Shown: in pieces, positions 9,322-17,243 of the stretch
Layout of the letters: each line of letters starts with the position of its first letter
Position numbering within the stretch: the first letter of the stretch is position 1
Assembly (NCBI GenBank): GCA_041576165.1
Contig: JBFGLM010000004.1
Location: 1-64,000, forward strand
From: Acidimicrobiia bacterium
GTDB lineage: Bacteria; Actinomycetota; Acidimicrobiia; Spongiisociales; Spongiisociaceae
Direction of reading: 5' to 3'
DNA length: 64,000 nucleotides
Made by a program: the position numbers and the translations under genes
Notes under the pieces: model-generated
Told to the model about the DNA's origin: nothing
The model's input: the letters and a program-made list of their open reading frames with translations, nothing else
Database searches by the model: none

Positions 9322-11127
9322 ATGGCAGGACCTGCAGCCCCCATCGAAAGCGCTCCGAGCGGATTCCGCGCGCGGGCTATTCGGCTTGGGCTGCAGTTCT
9401 CCGGCGGTGCGCTCCTGCTGGTGACGGTCGACGCGGTACTGGCCGGCATCGAAGCGACCCCCGACCTCATCGGCACCGTCTCCCTGGCCGCCGTCAGTCT
9501 GGCCGCGCTGGCGATCGTCGAGTGGGAGGCCGTCGCGCAGCGCCGGATCGGTTCCGTGCTGCTGTGGTTGTGGAGCTCGCTGATCCTGTTCCTGCTGGCC
9601 CGGGCGCTGACGTTCGAAGAGCTGATCGTCCCGATTGTCGGCCTATCGATGGTTGCCATCGTCGTTGTGGCCGTCATCGGCCAGACCTTCGGCCTGGTCC
9701 TCTTCGCTTCGTTGGTCGCTGCGGCCAACATCGCCATCCCGTGGATGACGCACGACGACCCATCTTCAGTGACCCTGATGATCACGATCGCCGCGTTCGC
9801 GGCCGTCGCCATCATCGCCCGGCTGCTGACCGCTGCCTACCGCCGCGAAGTAGTGCAAGCACGAGCCAGCCTGGCCGCGCTGGCCCGCCAGGAAGCGAAT
9901 TTCGAGCGCCTCTACGAGGTGTCCCGAACCATCGCCGCCGGCGACAGCCTGGCCAACGTGGTTCCTCAGCTGGTCGGGCGCATCGGCACCTACCTCGCTG
10001 CTGAGGTCGGTGTGGTGATGCTGCGGGACGACACCGGCCTCTCGCTCGAGGTGCTGTCGCCAATCTGGGCGGCCGGCCACACTCTCGACCTGGCCGGGTA
10101 TCGGGTTCCGATCCAGGCCGACGACCTTCTCGCCGAGACGTACCGTCTCGGCGAGGCGCGTATCTTCCGCAAGCTCGACCGCGCCGCCTTCGACTCGGGC
10201 CTGCTTGGCGAGCTCGGACTTACTTCAGCGATGGTCGCACCGCTCCGAGTGGGCGGGCGCTCGATGGGCCTGATCATCGTCGGCGACAAACGGGGCGGCC
10301 TGTTCGAGAGCACCGACCTAGAGGATTTGATCTCCTTGAGCGCACCGGCGGCGCTTGTCCTCGCCCAGCTCGACCGCTACCAGGAGGCGGCGGAAACCAG
10401 CCGCCGCATGGAGGAGCTTGCCCGGATGAAGACCGACTTCGTGTCGGTGGTCAGCCATGAGCTGCGGACCCCGCTGACGTCGATCATCGGGGCCCTCGCC
10501 ACGCTGGCCCGACCCGAACTGGCCCCTGAGCGGCCGGCGGCCCAGGAATTGCTCGGCTCGGCCCGGAACCAGGCCGATCGCCTGCGCCGGCTGATCGAGG
10601 ACCTGCTGATGGTCTCACGCATCGAGAACCGGGCGCTGCCACAGCAGCCCGAAAAGATCAAAGTCGAGGTGCTGCTGCGCGACGTCATGGCGACCATCCC
10701 CGACGCGGAATCGCGGGTGAGCCTCCGGGTCGACGAGGACGCATCCGAGATCGAGGCGGACGCCGATCACTTCCAGCGCATCGTCATCAACCTGATCGAA
10801 AACGCATTGAAATATGCGCCGAACTCACCAGTCGAGGTCGTCGCCACGGCCGTGCCCAATCAGACGATCTCCATTTCGTTCATCGACCACGGACCCGGTA
10901 TTGCCCTCGAGGCCCGGGACCGCGTCTTCGAACGATTTCAGCAGTTGGAGCCGTCCGCCACCCGGTCTCAGGGCGGCACCGGCTTGGGGCTGAACATCGT
11001 CAAAGGCCTCGTGACGGGCATGGGAGGCCGCATCGAGCTGTCCGAGACCGAGGGAGGGGGCGCGACCTTCACCGTCTTCTTGCCCAAGGCACCGGGATCG
11101 CTGTCGCAGCGGATCACCATTCTGTGA
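9322..11127 (+). CDS. Membrane sensor histidine kinase with GAF domain
   Basis: N-terminal TM helices, GAF-like segment, H-box SHELRTPLT, N-box NLIENALKY, DHGPG, GGTGLGL. Confidence 0.93.
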   Translation: MAGPAAPIESAPSGFRARAIRLGLQFSGGALLLVTVDAVLAGIEATPDLIGTVSLAAVSLAALAIVEWEAVAQRRIGSVLLWLWSSLILFLLARALTFEELIVPIVGLSMVAIVVVAVIGQTFGLVLFASLVAAANIAIPWMTHDDPSSVTLMITIAAFAAVAIIARLLTAAYRREVVQARASLAALARQEANFERLYEVSRTIAAGDSLANVVPQLVGRIGTYLAAEVGVVMLRDDTGLSLEVLSPIWAAGHTLDLAGYRVPIQADDLLAETYRLGEARIFRKLDRAAFDSGLLGELGLTSAMVAPLRVGGRSMGLIIVGDKRGGLFESTDLEDLISLSAPAALVLAQLDRYQEAAETSRRMEELARMKTDFVSVVSHELRTPLTSIIGALATLARPELAPERPAAQELLGSARNQADRLRRLIEDLLMVSRIENRALPQQPEKIKVEVLLRDVMATIPDAESRVSLRVDEDASEIEADADHFQRIVINLIENALKYAPNSPVEVVATAVPNQTISISFIDHGPGIALEARDRVFERFQQLEPSATRSQGGTGLGLNIVKGLVTGMGGRIELSETEGGGATFTVFLPKAPGSLSQRITIL

Positions 11128-11171
11128 CAGCCGGGCTGATACAGCCGGTGCCGGCCCGGCATCCCGGCTCC

Positions 11172-11963
11172 TCAGCTGGGGGGCGCCACGGCGGCTGCCG
11201 CCGCGTGAAAGCCGCCATCGACGTGTATCACCTCGCCGGTGGTCTTTGTCGCCCAGTCCGACAACAGCACGCACACCATTCGGGCCACCGGCTCGGGGTC
11301 CGTCACATCCCAGCGGAGCGGCGCGCGTTCGTCCCAGACGTCCTGGAAAACACTGAAGCCCGGAATCGATTTGGCAGCGACCGTGGCGAGTGGCCCGGCC
11401 GACACGGCGTTGACCCGGATGTCGTCCGGCCCGAGATAGGCCGCGAGGTAGCGCGTGACCGAGGCCAGCGCCGCTTTGGCGACACCCATCCAGTCATAAC
11501 CGGGCCAAGCCTGAACGCCGTTGTCGAAGTCGAGCGAGACCAGCGACCCTCCGCCGGCCGCCCGGAGCAGAGGCAGCAGACCGGCGGCCAGCGCCTTCAG
11601 CGAATACGCCGAGGTCGTGAACGCCATTTGGGCGGACTCGGGAGGCGTGGTGAGAAATGAGCCGCCCAACGCATCTTCCGGCGCGAACGCAATGGCATGT
11701 AGCGCTCCGTCGATTCCCCCCCAGCGCCGATCGAGCTCGCCGACCAGCGACTCCATGTGCGCGGCATCGTTGATATCCAGTTCCACCACATCGGGTGTGT
11801 CGGGCAGTCGCTGGGCGGCCCGCTCGGTCAACCGGATGCCGCGCCCGAACCCTGTGAGAACGAGCTGGGCCCCTTGCTCCTGCGCGAGCTTCGCGCTGTG
11901 CCAGGCGATCGAGCCGTCGGTGAGAACCCCGGTTATGAGCAGGCGTTTGCCTTCGAGCAACAT
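11172..11963 (-). CDS. fabI: Enoyl-ACP reductase (FabI/InhA type)
   Basis: GKRLLITGVLTDGSIA, HAIAFAP, YDWMGVAKAAL, IHVDGG. Confidence 0.93.
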   Translation of the reverse strand: MLLEGKRLLITGVLTDGSIAWHSAKLAQEQGAQLVLTGFGRGIRLTERAAQRLPDTPDVVELDINDAAHMESLVGELDRRWGGIDGALHAIAFAPEDALGGSFLTTPPESAQMAFTTSAYSLKALAAGLLPLLRAAGGGSLVSLDFDNGVQAWPGYDWMGVAKAALASVTRYLAAYLGPDDIRVNAVSAGPLATVAAKSIPGFSVFQDVWDERAPLRWDVTDPEPVARMVCVLLSDWATKTTGEVIHVDGGFHAAAAAVAPPS

Positions 11964-12065
11964 GGCGTTCCCTCCGTCTGCGAGCAGCGGACTGTAGCGA
12001 GCCGGGCGCATTCCATGCCGGGGCCGAGGGGGATTGACGGCGCCTGGATCGGCCACGCCGGGCAT

Positions 12066-12428
12066 TCAGAAGCTTGCCCCGAAATTGGCAACCCCTCGTA
12101 GCCCGAGACCCATCACGAACAGGAGAATCAACCCCCACCACAACCTGGGTCGCCGGCGGATCTGGGCGCGGTAGATGTAGACGAATGTGAACGTGAAGAG
12201 GATCACAAAGCCATAGAACATGTGGATGCTTCCGGGTTCCTCGCCCTGTCCGAACATGATGAGGCCGATCCCGATCTGGCCGAGCATGGCGACCACAGAG
12301 CCGGCCACTACCCCTTTGAAGAATCCATCGATCGGACGCTTGACGATCTCGTATCCCAGTGCCACCAAGCCGCTCGCGCCGGCGACGACAATCGCGACCC
12401 AGGCGAAGGTGGCGTGAAATGCGGCCAA
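12066..12428 (-). CDS. Small four-TM membrane protein
   Basis: Four hydrophobic segments with an HMFYG motif; operonic position. Confidence 0.8.
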   Translation of the reverse strand: MAAFHATFAWVAIVVAGASGLVALGYEIVKRPIDGFFKGVVAGSVVAMLGQIGIGLIMFGQGEEPGSIHMFYGFVILFTFTFVYIYRAQIRRRPRLWWGLILLFVMGLGLRGVANFGASF

Positions 12429-12429
12429 C

Positions 12430-12996
12430 TCAACCGGCCTCCAGCTGCGCCATCTCGGCTCGGGCCGACGTGACCATGGCTTCGACGATCGGCTCGGATG
12501 CTGGGCCTTCCCGCAGGTCAGCCGTCAACTCAATCTGCACCCCGCGTCCCGGCGGCAGGTTGACCGGATTGCGGGGATGTACGCCCCGCAGCGTGCGTGG
12601 CATCTCTTCCAGGTCGTCGATGACGCGGGTGGAGGGGTGTTTGCGCATGACGGTTGCCATCCGGGCTGCCATTTCGCGGTTGCGCCCACCCAGCAACACT
12701 GTCTTCTGCATGCCCGGCCGCCCGAAACCATGCAACGACACGGCACAGGTGACGTGGTGTATGAACCGGCGAAGCCCGTGCGAATCAGCCGGATCGAAGT
12801 TGGTCGACGGTACGTGCCACCACAGATCCTCCGGCTGCTCGACCACGTAGAGAGACGCTCCCGCGCGTTGCGCGGCCCGCCGGGCCAGCTCGGCAGTGCC
12901 GGTTTCGATGCCCCCATGCAACGCCATGAAGCCCACTATCCCGGACAGCGACACATCCTCGACCACGCCGTCGTGCGCGAGGAGGTCAGCCAGCAT
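12430..12996 (-). CDS. Poly-gamma-glutamate hydrolase family (PghP/YjqB-like)
   Basis: ALHGGIETGT, HVPST, SLHG, GVHPRNPVN, GVQIEL motifs. Confidence 0.8.
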   Translation of the reverse strand: MLADLLAHDGVVEDVSLSGIVGFMALHGGIETGTAELARRAAQRAGASLYVVEQPEDLWWHVPSTNFDPADSHGLRRFIHHVTCAVSLHGFGRPGMQKTVLLGGRNREMAARMATVMRKHPSTRVIDDLEEMPRTLRGVHPRNPVNLPPGRGVQIELTADLREGPASEPIVEAMVTSARAEMAQLEAG

Positions 12997-13063
12997 TGCA
13001 ACGAGGGTAGCCGGATCGGGGTAGTTGCCTCTGGCCGGACGGGGAACGGGTGAGTCTCGCCGC

Positions 13064-13348
13064 CTACGGCACTTCGATCAGCTGGCCGGTGCGCAGGTCC
13101 AAGACAAACTCGCGGTCGGTGGTGGAATCCGCGATCCACTGAGCCAGCGCCGAGCCCGGTTGGCGCACGATCCACCACGCGTAACGAGCAGAGCCCGAGC
13201 CGTTGCGAAACACGTCGCGCGCCTTGCGAGCGTGCTCGATCGCGTCGACCTCGGTCTCAAACGTGCCGATCACTGTCTCTCGCGGTGGGGGGGCTGGGCG
13301 GCCCGGTTGAAACGTCAGCTCTATGAATTCAACTGCCTCAAATGACAT
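13064..13348 (-). CDS. Hypothetical protein, 94 aa
   Basis: Plausible composition and orientation; no recognisable domain. Confidence 0.7.
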   Translation of the reverse strand: MSFEAVEFIELTFQPGRPAPPPRETVIGTFETEVDAIEHARKARDVFRNGSGSARYAWWIVRQPGSALAQWIADSTTDREFVLDLRTGQLIEVP

Positions 13349-13563
13349 GGCTCAGTTCGCTTCCGCGGTTCCCCCTTGCACACCGGCACGATGGCACCAA
13401 CTGGCTGCGATACCATCGCATTCCGCGCCGGCGTACCGCGGGACTCCCCGGCCGTGCCCCACATGCTGGCCCCAATGTACACGCTGACACTTGCAAAGGA
13501 AGCGAATCATTCGCGCCATGAGCGTCCGGGCTCCCACCTTCAGTGGGGTATGACCCTCGGAAA

Positions 13564-14034
13564 TCATCCAGGTTTTGTCACATCGGCCACAATGGCATCG
13601 AAACATTCCACGAGGTCGGAGGGTGCGAGGTGGATCGCCACCCCGTGCTTGCCTCCCCCCAACGACACTTCGTCGTGCTCGAGCACCGCGGCATCGACGA
13701 TGAGCGCCCAGCCTCCGGTGGCGCCGAAGGGGGTGACGGTCCCGCGGACGTAACCCGTGACTGCAGCGAGCGCGTCCTCGTCGGCCATCGACACCCGGCT
13801 GACGCCCAGCTGCCGCCGCACCTTCGGCCAGTCGATCACCCGGTCGCCGCCGATTGCCACCAACCTGTAGTCGTCGCCGGACAGCCGGAGCACCAGCGTC
13901 TTGACCAGCGCCGCCAGTGGAACCCTGCGCGCCCGGGCGGCCTCTTCGGCAGTGTCGACCTTGCCGTAGGTGACGACTCGATGCTCGATGCCGGCTCGAG
14001 CCACCGCCTTCGTCGCCGGCGTGTCGGGGACCAT
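13564..14034 (-). CDS. YbaK/EbsC aminoacyl-tRNA editing family protein
   Basis: VKTLVL, TGYVRGTVTPFG, GGGKHG. Confidence 0.9.
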   Translation of the reverse strand: MVPDTPATKAVARAGIEHRVVTYGKVDTAEEAARARRVPLAALVKTLVLRLSGDDYRLVAIGGDRVIDWPKVRRQLGVSRVSMADEDALAAVTGYVRGTVTPFGATGGWALIVDAAVLEHDEVSLGGGKHGVAIHLAPSDLVECFDAIVADVTKPG

Positions 14035-15644
14035 CAAGTGGTGAAGACGTCCGAGTACTGGTCGCGAACCACCTTCTTGTCGAACTTGCCCGTCCCGGTT
14101 TTGGGGAGCTCGTCCACAAAGACGTACTCGTCAGGGAGCCACCATCTCGCAACCCGATCCGACAGGAATTGATTCAGCTCCTCTCCCGAGACCTCCGCAT
14201 TGGGTACGGGCACTACCAGCGCCAGCGGGCGCTCCTGCCATTCGGGATGTTTGATGCCGACCACCGCCGCTTCTGCCACGTTGGGGTGCGCCATGATCGT
14301 GTTTTCGAGATCGATCGACGAGATCCATTCACCACCAGATTTGATGACGTCCTTGGCGCGGTCAGTGATTCGGACGTAGCCCTCGGGAGTGATCTTGCAA
14401 ACGTCACCGGTACGGAGCCAGCCGTCGACCATGGTCTCTGAGCTGCGCGCATCTTTGTAGTACTCGGCGGCAATCCACGGGCCCTGGATCAACAACTCCC
14501 CGAAGGCTTCGCCGTCGTGAGGTAGCTCGTTCCCTTCCTCGTCGACGATCTTCACCCGCAACCCCGGAATCGGAAGGCCGGCCGTTTCCAGAAAGTCGAG
14601 TTGGCGATCCCAATCCCAATCCTCCATGTCCGGCTTGAGGAGGGCAACGGCGGCAACCGGGTTGGTCTCCGTCATACCCCATCCCTGGACGACCTTGATG
14701 CTGCGGTTCTTCCAATACCAGTCGATCATGGCCCGGGGAACCGCCGATCCACCGCAGAGGAATGAGTGGATGCTGGAGATGTCCCGATCGGGGTGGTCGG
14801 TCAGGAACTGCTGGATCCCGAGCCAAACCGTGGGAACTCCTGCCGAGAACGTCACCCGCTCGCTCTCGATCAGATCGACCAGACCGGCGGGCGAGAGGTC
14901 GGGCCCAGGATACGTGATCTTGGCCCCGGCGGTGGTGGCCTGGAATGGATATCCCCACGCAGCGGCGTGGAACATGGGAACCACCGGCATGAGATTGTCG
15001 GCGGATGAGATCGGCTTGAAGGCCATGCCCGATATGGTGTGCAGGTAGGTCGAACGTTGCGTGTAGGCGACGCCCTTGGGATTGCCGGTAGTGCCCGACG
15101 TGTAACAGAACATCATCGGTGAGCGCTCGTCCAGCTCGGGCCATTCGCCGTGCGGTGCAGCGTCAGCGATCAGGTCCTCGTAGGCGATGGCATTGGGCAA
15201 TGTCGTGTCCGTCGAGTCACCCATCACGATGAACTGCTTGACCGTGTCCAACTCGGCCGCGATCGGTTCGAGAGCGGAGACCAGATTCGGATCCACGAAC
15301 ACGACCTCGTCCTCGGCGTGGTTGATGATGTAGGTCAGCTGATCCGGGAAAAGGCGGATGTTGAGCGTGTGGCAGATGCGACCCGTGTTCGCAGTCGCCC
15401 AATACAGTTCGTGATGCCGCTGGTTGTTCCAGGCGAAGGTGCCCACCGCATCGCCCCGCTCCACTCCGAGGCCGGCGAGTGCGGTTGCGAGGCGGCGGAC
15501 CCGACTGTCCGTTTCGCCGTACGACGTCACCTGCCTTGACAGGTCGGGTTCCACCGACACGATCTGCTGATCCGGATGAATGCGGACGGCGCGCTCGTAC
15601 AGCGTCGACAGCAACAGCGGATAATCCATCATATGCGGGGGCAC
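14034..15644 (-). CDS. Fatty-acid/acyl-CoA ligase (AMP-binding)
   Basis: [44 protein letters not shown]; GTG start after AGGAGG. Confidence 0.93.
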   Translation of the reverse strand: MPPHMMDYPLLLSTLYERAVRIHPDQQIVSVEPDLSRQVTSYGETDSRVRRLATALAGLGVERGDAVGTFAWNNQRHHELYWATANTGRICHTLNIRLFPDQLTYIINHAEDEVVFVDPNLVSALEPIAAELDTVKQFIVMGDSTDTTLPNAIAYEDLIADAAPHGEWPELDERSPMMFCYTSGTTGNPKGVAYTQRSTYLHTISGMAFKPISSADNLMPVVPMFHAAAWGYPFQATTAGAKITYPGPDLSPAGLVDLIESERVTFSAGVPTVWLGIQQFLTDHPDRDISSIHSFLCGGSAVPRAMIDWYWKNRSIKVVQGWGMTETNPVAAVALLKPDMEDWDWDRQLDFLETAGLPIPGLRVKIVDEEGNELPHDGEAFGELLIQGPWIAAEYYKDARSSETMVDGWLRTGDVCKITPEGYVRITDRAKDVIKSGGEWISSIDLENTIMAHPNVAEAAVVGIKHPEWQERPLALVVPVPNAEVSGEELNQFLSDRVARWWLPDEYVFVDELPKTGTGKFDKKVVRDQYSDVFTT

Positions 15645-15673
15645 CCGTACCTCCTCTGCCTGATCGCCATGAC

Positions 15674-16276
15674 CTAGATCTCGTCGAGGAGTTTGCGCTT
15701 CTTCGCCTCGAACTCTTGGTCGGTGAGCACGCCATCCCGCCACAGGCGAGCCAGCTTCTCGATCTCATCGGCCTTCGACAACGGTGCTCCGCCTTCGATG
15801 GCGAGCAACCGCGATTCGCGATACTGGTAGATGAGCGCCTGTGTCTCCTCCGGACTGGGGATGTCGGCATACCGGCTCTGGCCGCCCTCACCCGCCGACT
15901 CGATGATCAGATCGCCGGACCGCAGTATCCGTTCACCGACGGTCTGCGAATAGGAGACGTTGTCGATGCGCTCCAGCGGGATCTCTTTGCCCCGGCGGGC
16001 GATCACGCCCTCCCGGATGATCAGGCGCTCGTTGGTGATGATGTACTTCGTGAACAACCACGAGACCCACTGCCGGGCGCCAACGAACAGCCCGGCGAGG
16101 AGGGCCAAGCCGGCTCCGATGAGCCGAACGGTGCCCTCGAGTGTCGTGAGCAGGACCACCGCCACGACAAGTCCCACGATGAAGGCGACGATCGGGATGA
16201 TCAGCACCTTCCAATGCGGACGAAACTCGGTCTCGACCCGTTCACCGGGGCTGAGCAGTCGTTCCGGATACGCCAT
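15674..16276 (-). CDS. Membrane-anchored bacterial PH-domain protein with C-terminal SHOCT domain
   Basis: Two TMs, YIITNERLIIREG...RILRSGDLIIESAG, LARLWRDGVLTDQEFEAKKRKLL. Confidence 0.9.
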   Translation of the reverse strand: MAYPERLLSPGERVETEFRPHWKVLIIPIVAFIVGLVVAVVLLTTLEGTVRLIGAGLALLAGLFVGARQWVSWLFTKYIITNERLIIREGVIARRGKEIPLERIDNVSYSQTVGERILRSGDLIIESAGEGGQSRYADIPSPEETQALIYQYRESRLLAIEGGAPLSKADEIEKLARLWRDGVLTDQEFEAKKRKLLDEI

Positions 16277-16368
16277 GGGCGGATGATAGGCCAGGCGGCA
16301 TTCGCCGGCGCCGGCCACAGGGCGCCGTTCTTGGCTCAAAAACCATGGGCCACCGGCCATCGTTGAAA

Positions 16369-16442
16369 CGCGAAAACAATCATTGGCTCGCGAAAACGAA
16401 CCAACGCTGTCGTTTGCCCGGGTAAAGACGCGGTCGTAACGT
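16369..16442 (+). promoter_or_regulatory. Promoter of putative ncRNA-1 with upstream tandem CGCGAAAAC motifs
   Basis: CGCGAAAAC at 16369 and 16389; -35 TTGCCC 16414-16419, 17-bp spacer, -10 TAACGT 16437-16442. Confidence 0.7.
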
Positions 16443-16449
16443 GCCGCTC

Positions 16450-16855
16450 GCCGCATAGAGGAGACTCTCAGCGGTGCCTCGGAAACGAGGCAGGCAACCG
16501 GACGGAGACGAACGGTTGCCGAACCCGGACGGTGCTTCGGCACGGGACGGGAGCTCGGAGGTCGCGGATTCGTCCGTGAGCAATGAGTACGGCAGGCAGT
16601 GGGCCTCGCTCACCAGCCGCCGTCTCGGCGCCGGCTGCGGCTGGCGTGGAGAATTGCTCGGACCGGGTTTCGGCCCGGAGCGAGCGAACCGGTGTCGCCG
16701 GCGCTTCGGCGACGGTGGCAGCGGACAGAAGCGGTTGAGAAGGCGCTTCGCACGTCTCGGACGGAGACCGGCCTTCGGGTCGGGTCGCCGAAAGGGACAC
16801 TGAAACCCCGAGAGGGTGCTGACTTCGGTTCGTACTCGCTCGGGGTTTCGCTATG
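16450..16855 (+). ncRNA. Putative structured ncRNA-1 (~405 nt, hairpin chain, GGA-rich)
   Basis: About 11 consecutive stem-loops, 7 TTCG loop-position tetramers plus GAGA/GAAA loops, promoter upstream, terminal hairpin 16802-16849; no credible ORF. Confidence 0.75.
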
Positions 16856-16858
16856 TGC
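16802..16858 (+). terminator. 3'-terminal hairpin/terminator of ncRNA-1
   Basis: GAAACCCCGAG...TTCG...CTCGGGGTTTC followed by GCTATGT. Confidence 0.6.
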
Positions 16859-16939
16859 GTTGCGGTGCAGCTGTAGCCATAGCCACAGCCGCGTCTGGCC
16901 ACAGCTGGGGAGCAATAGAGCGGGGAACGGAACAGCCCC

Positions 16940-17103
16940 AAACGCGGAAAATCCCGAGGGAGTTCTGGCCGAAACCATCACCCTCTCGGGACTTCCACAC
17001 CCTGCAGGTGCTCCAGTGCCCGAAGGTACTGTTCCCCCTGCGGGGCTTCCAGGCCGACCTCTCGGTCTGCCCTTCCCTGCCCCGGGTCACCCCGGTGCAG
17101 TAC
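16940..17103 (-). ncRNA. Putative structured ncRNA-2 (~165 nt, hairpin chain with GGA linkers)
   Basis: Minus strand CCGGG-GTGA-CCCGG, GACC-GAGA-GGTC, CCCC-GCAG-GGGG, CAGTACC-TTCG-GGCACTG, CACCT-GCAG-GGTG, terminal hairpin 16996-16946. Confidence 0.72.
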
Positions 17104-17108
17104 GTGGC

Positions 17109-17183
17109 AATGTAGAACGCTGGCGCCTGCGTGACAACCCCAAACCGCACCTTTGTTTTCGCGTCCTAGCAAAAGATTTCGCG
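17109..17183 (-). promoter_or_regulatory. Promoter of putative ncRNA-2 with upstream tandem CGCGAAA(T/A)C motifs
   Basis: Minus strand CGCGAAATC (17183-17175), CGCGAAAAC (17163-17155), -35 TTGTCA (17137-17132), 17-bp spacer, -10 TACATT (17114-17109). Confidence 0.72.
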
Positions 17184-17214
17184 ATACCGGCGGGGCCGCC
17201 GCAATCGCTGCGAA

Positions 17215-17236
17215 TGTCACAGCCTCCCCGTATAGT
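17215..17236 (+). promoter_or_regulatory. PafBC/RecA-NDp-like DNA-damage promoter
   Basis: TGTCAC-N10-TATAGT, 7 nt before the ATG. Confidence 0.6.
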
Positions 17237-17243
17237 TACACGC

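Noticed and set aside
16450-16855. RNase P RNA, tmRNA, SRP, 6S or Ms1 identity for the long RNA
   Set aside because: No GAGGAAAGUCC, no tRNA-like ends or CCA with tag ORF, no SRP GGAA domain-IV motif, no long central duplex; judged by eye, so an Rfam scan is still needed
16369-17183. MITE or IS bounded by inverted CGCGAAAAC repeats
   Set aside because: Matches are short 9-mers at fixed distance from promoters; no long terminal inverted repeat, target duplication or transposase seen
16599-17243. 215-aa N-terminal extension of the RecB-like nuclease in the ORF track
   Set aside because: Pro/Arg/Gly-rich with no domain character; the family motif begins at MSLDTLSPS (17244) right after a -10 box; the region is better explained by the ncRNAs
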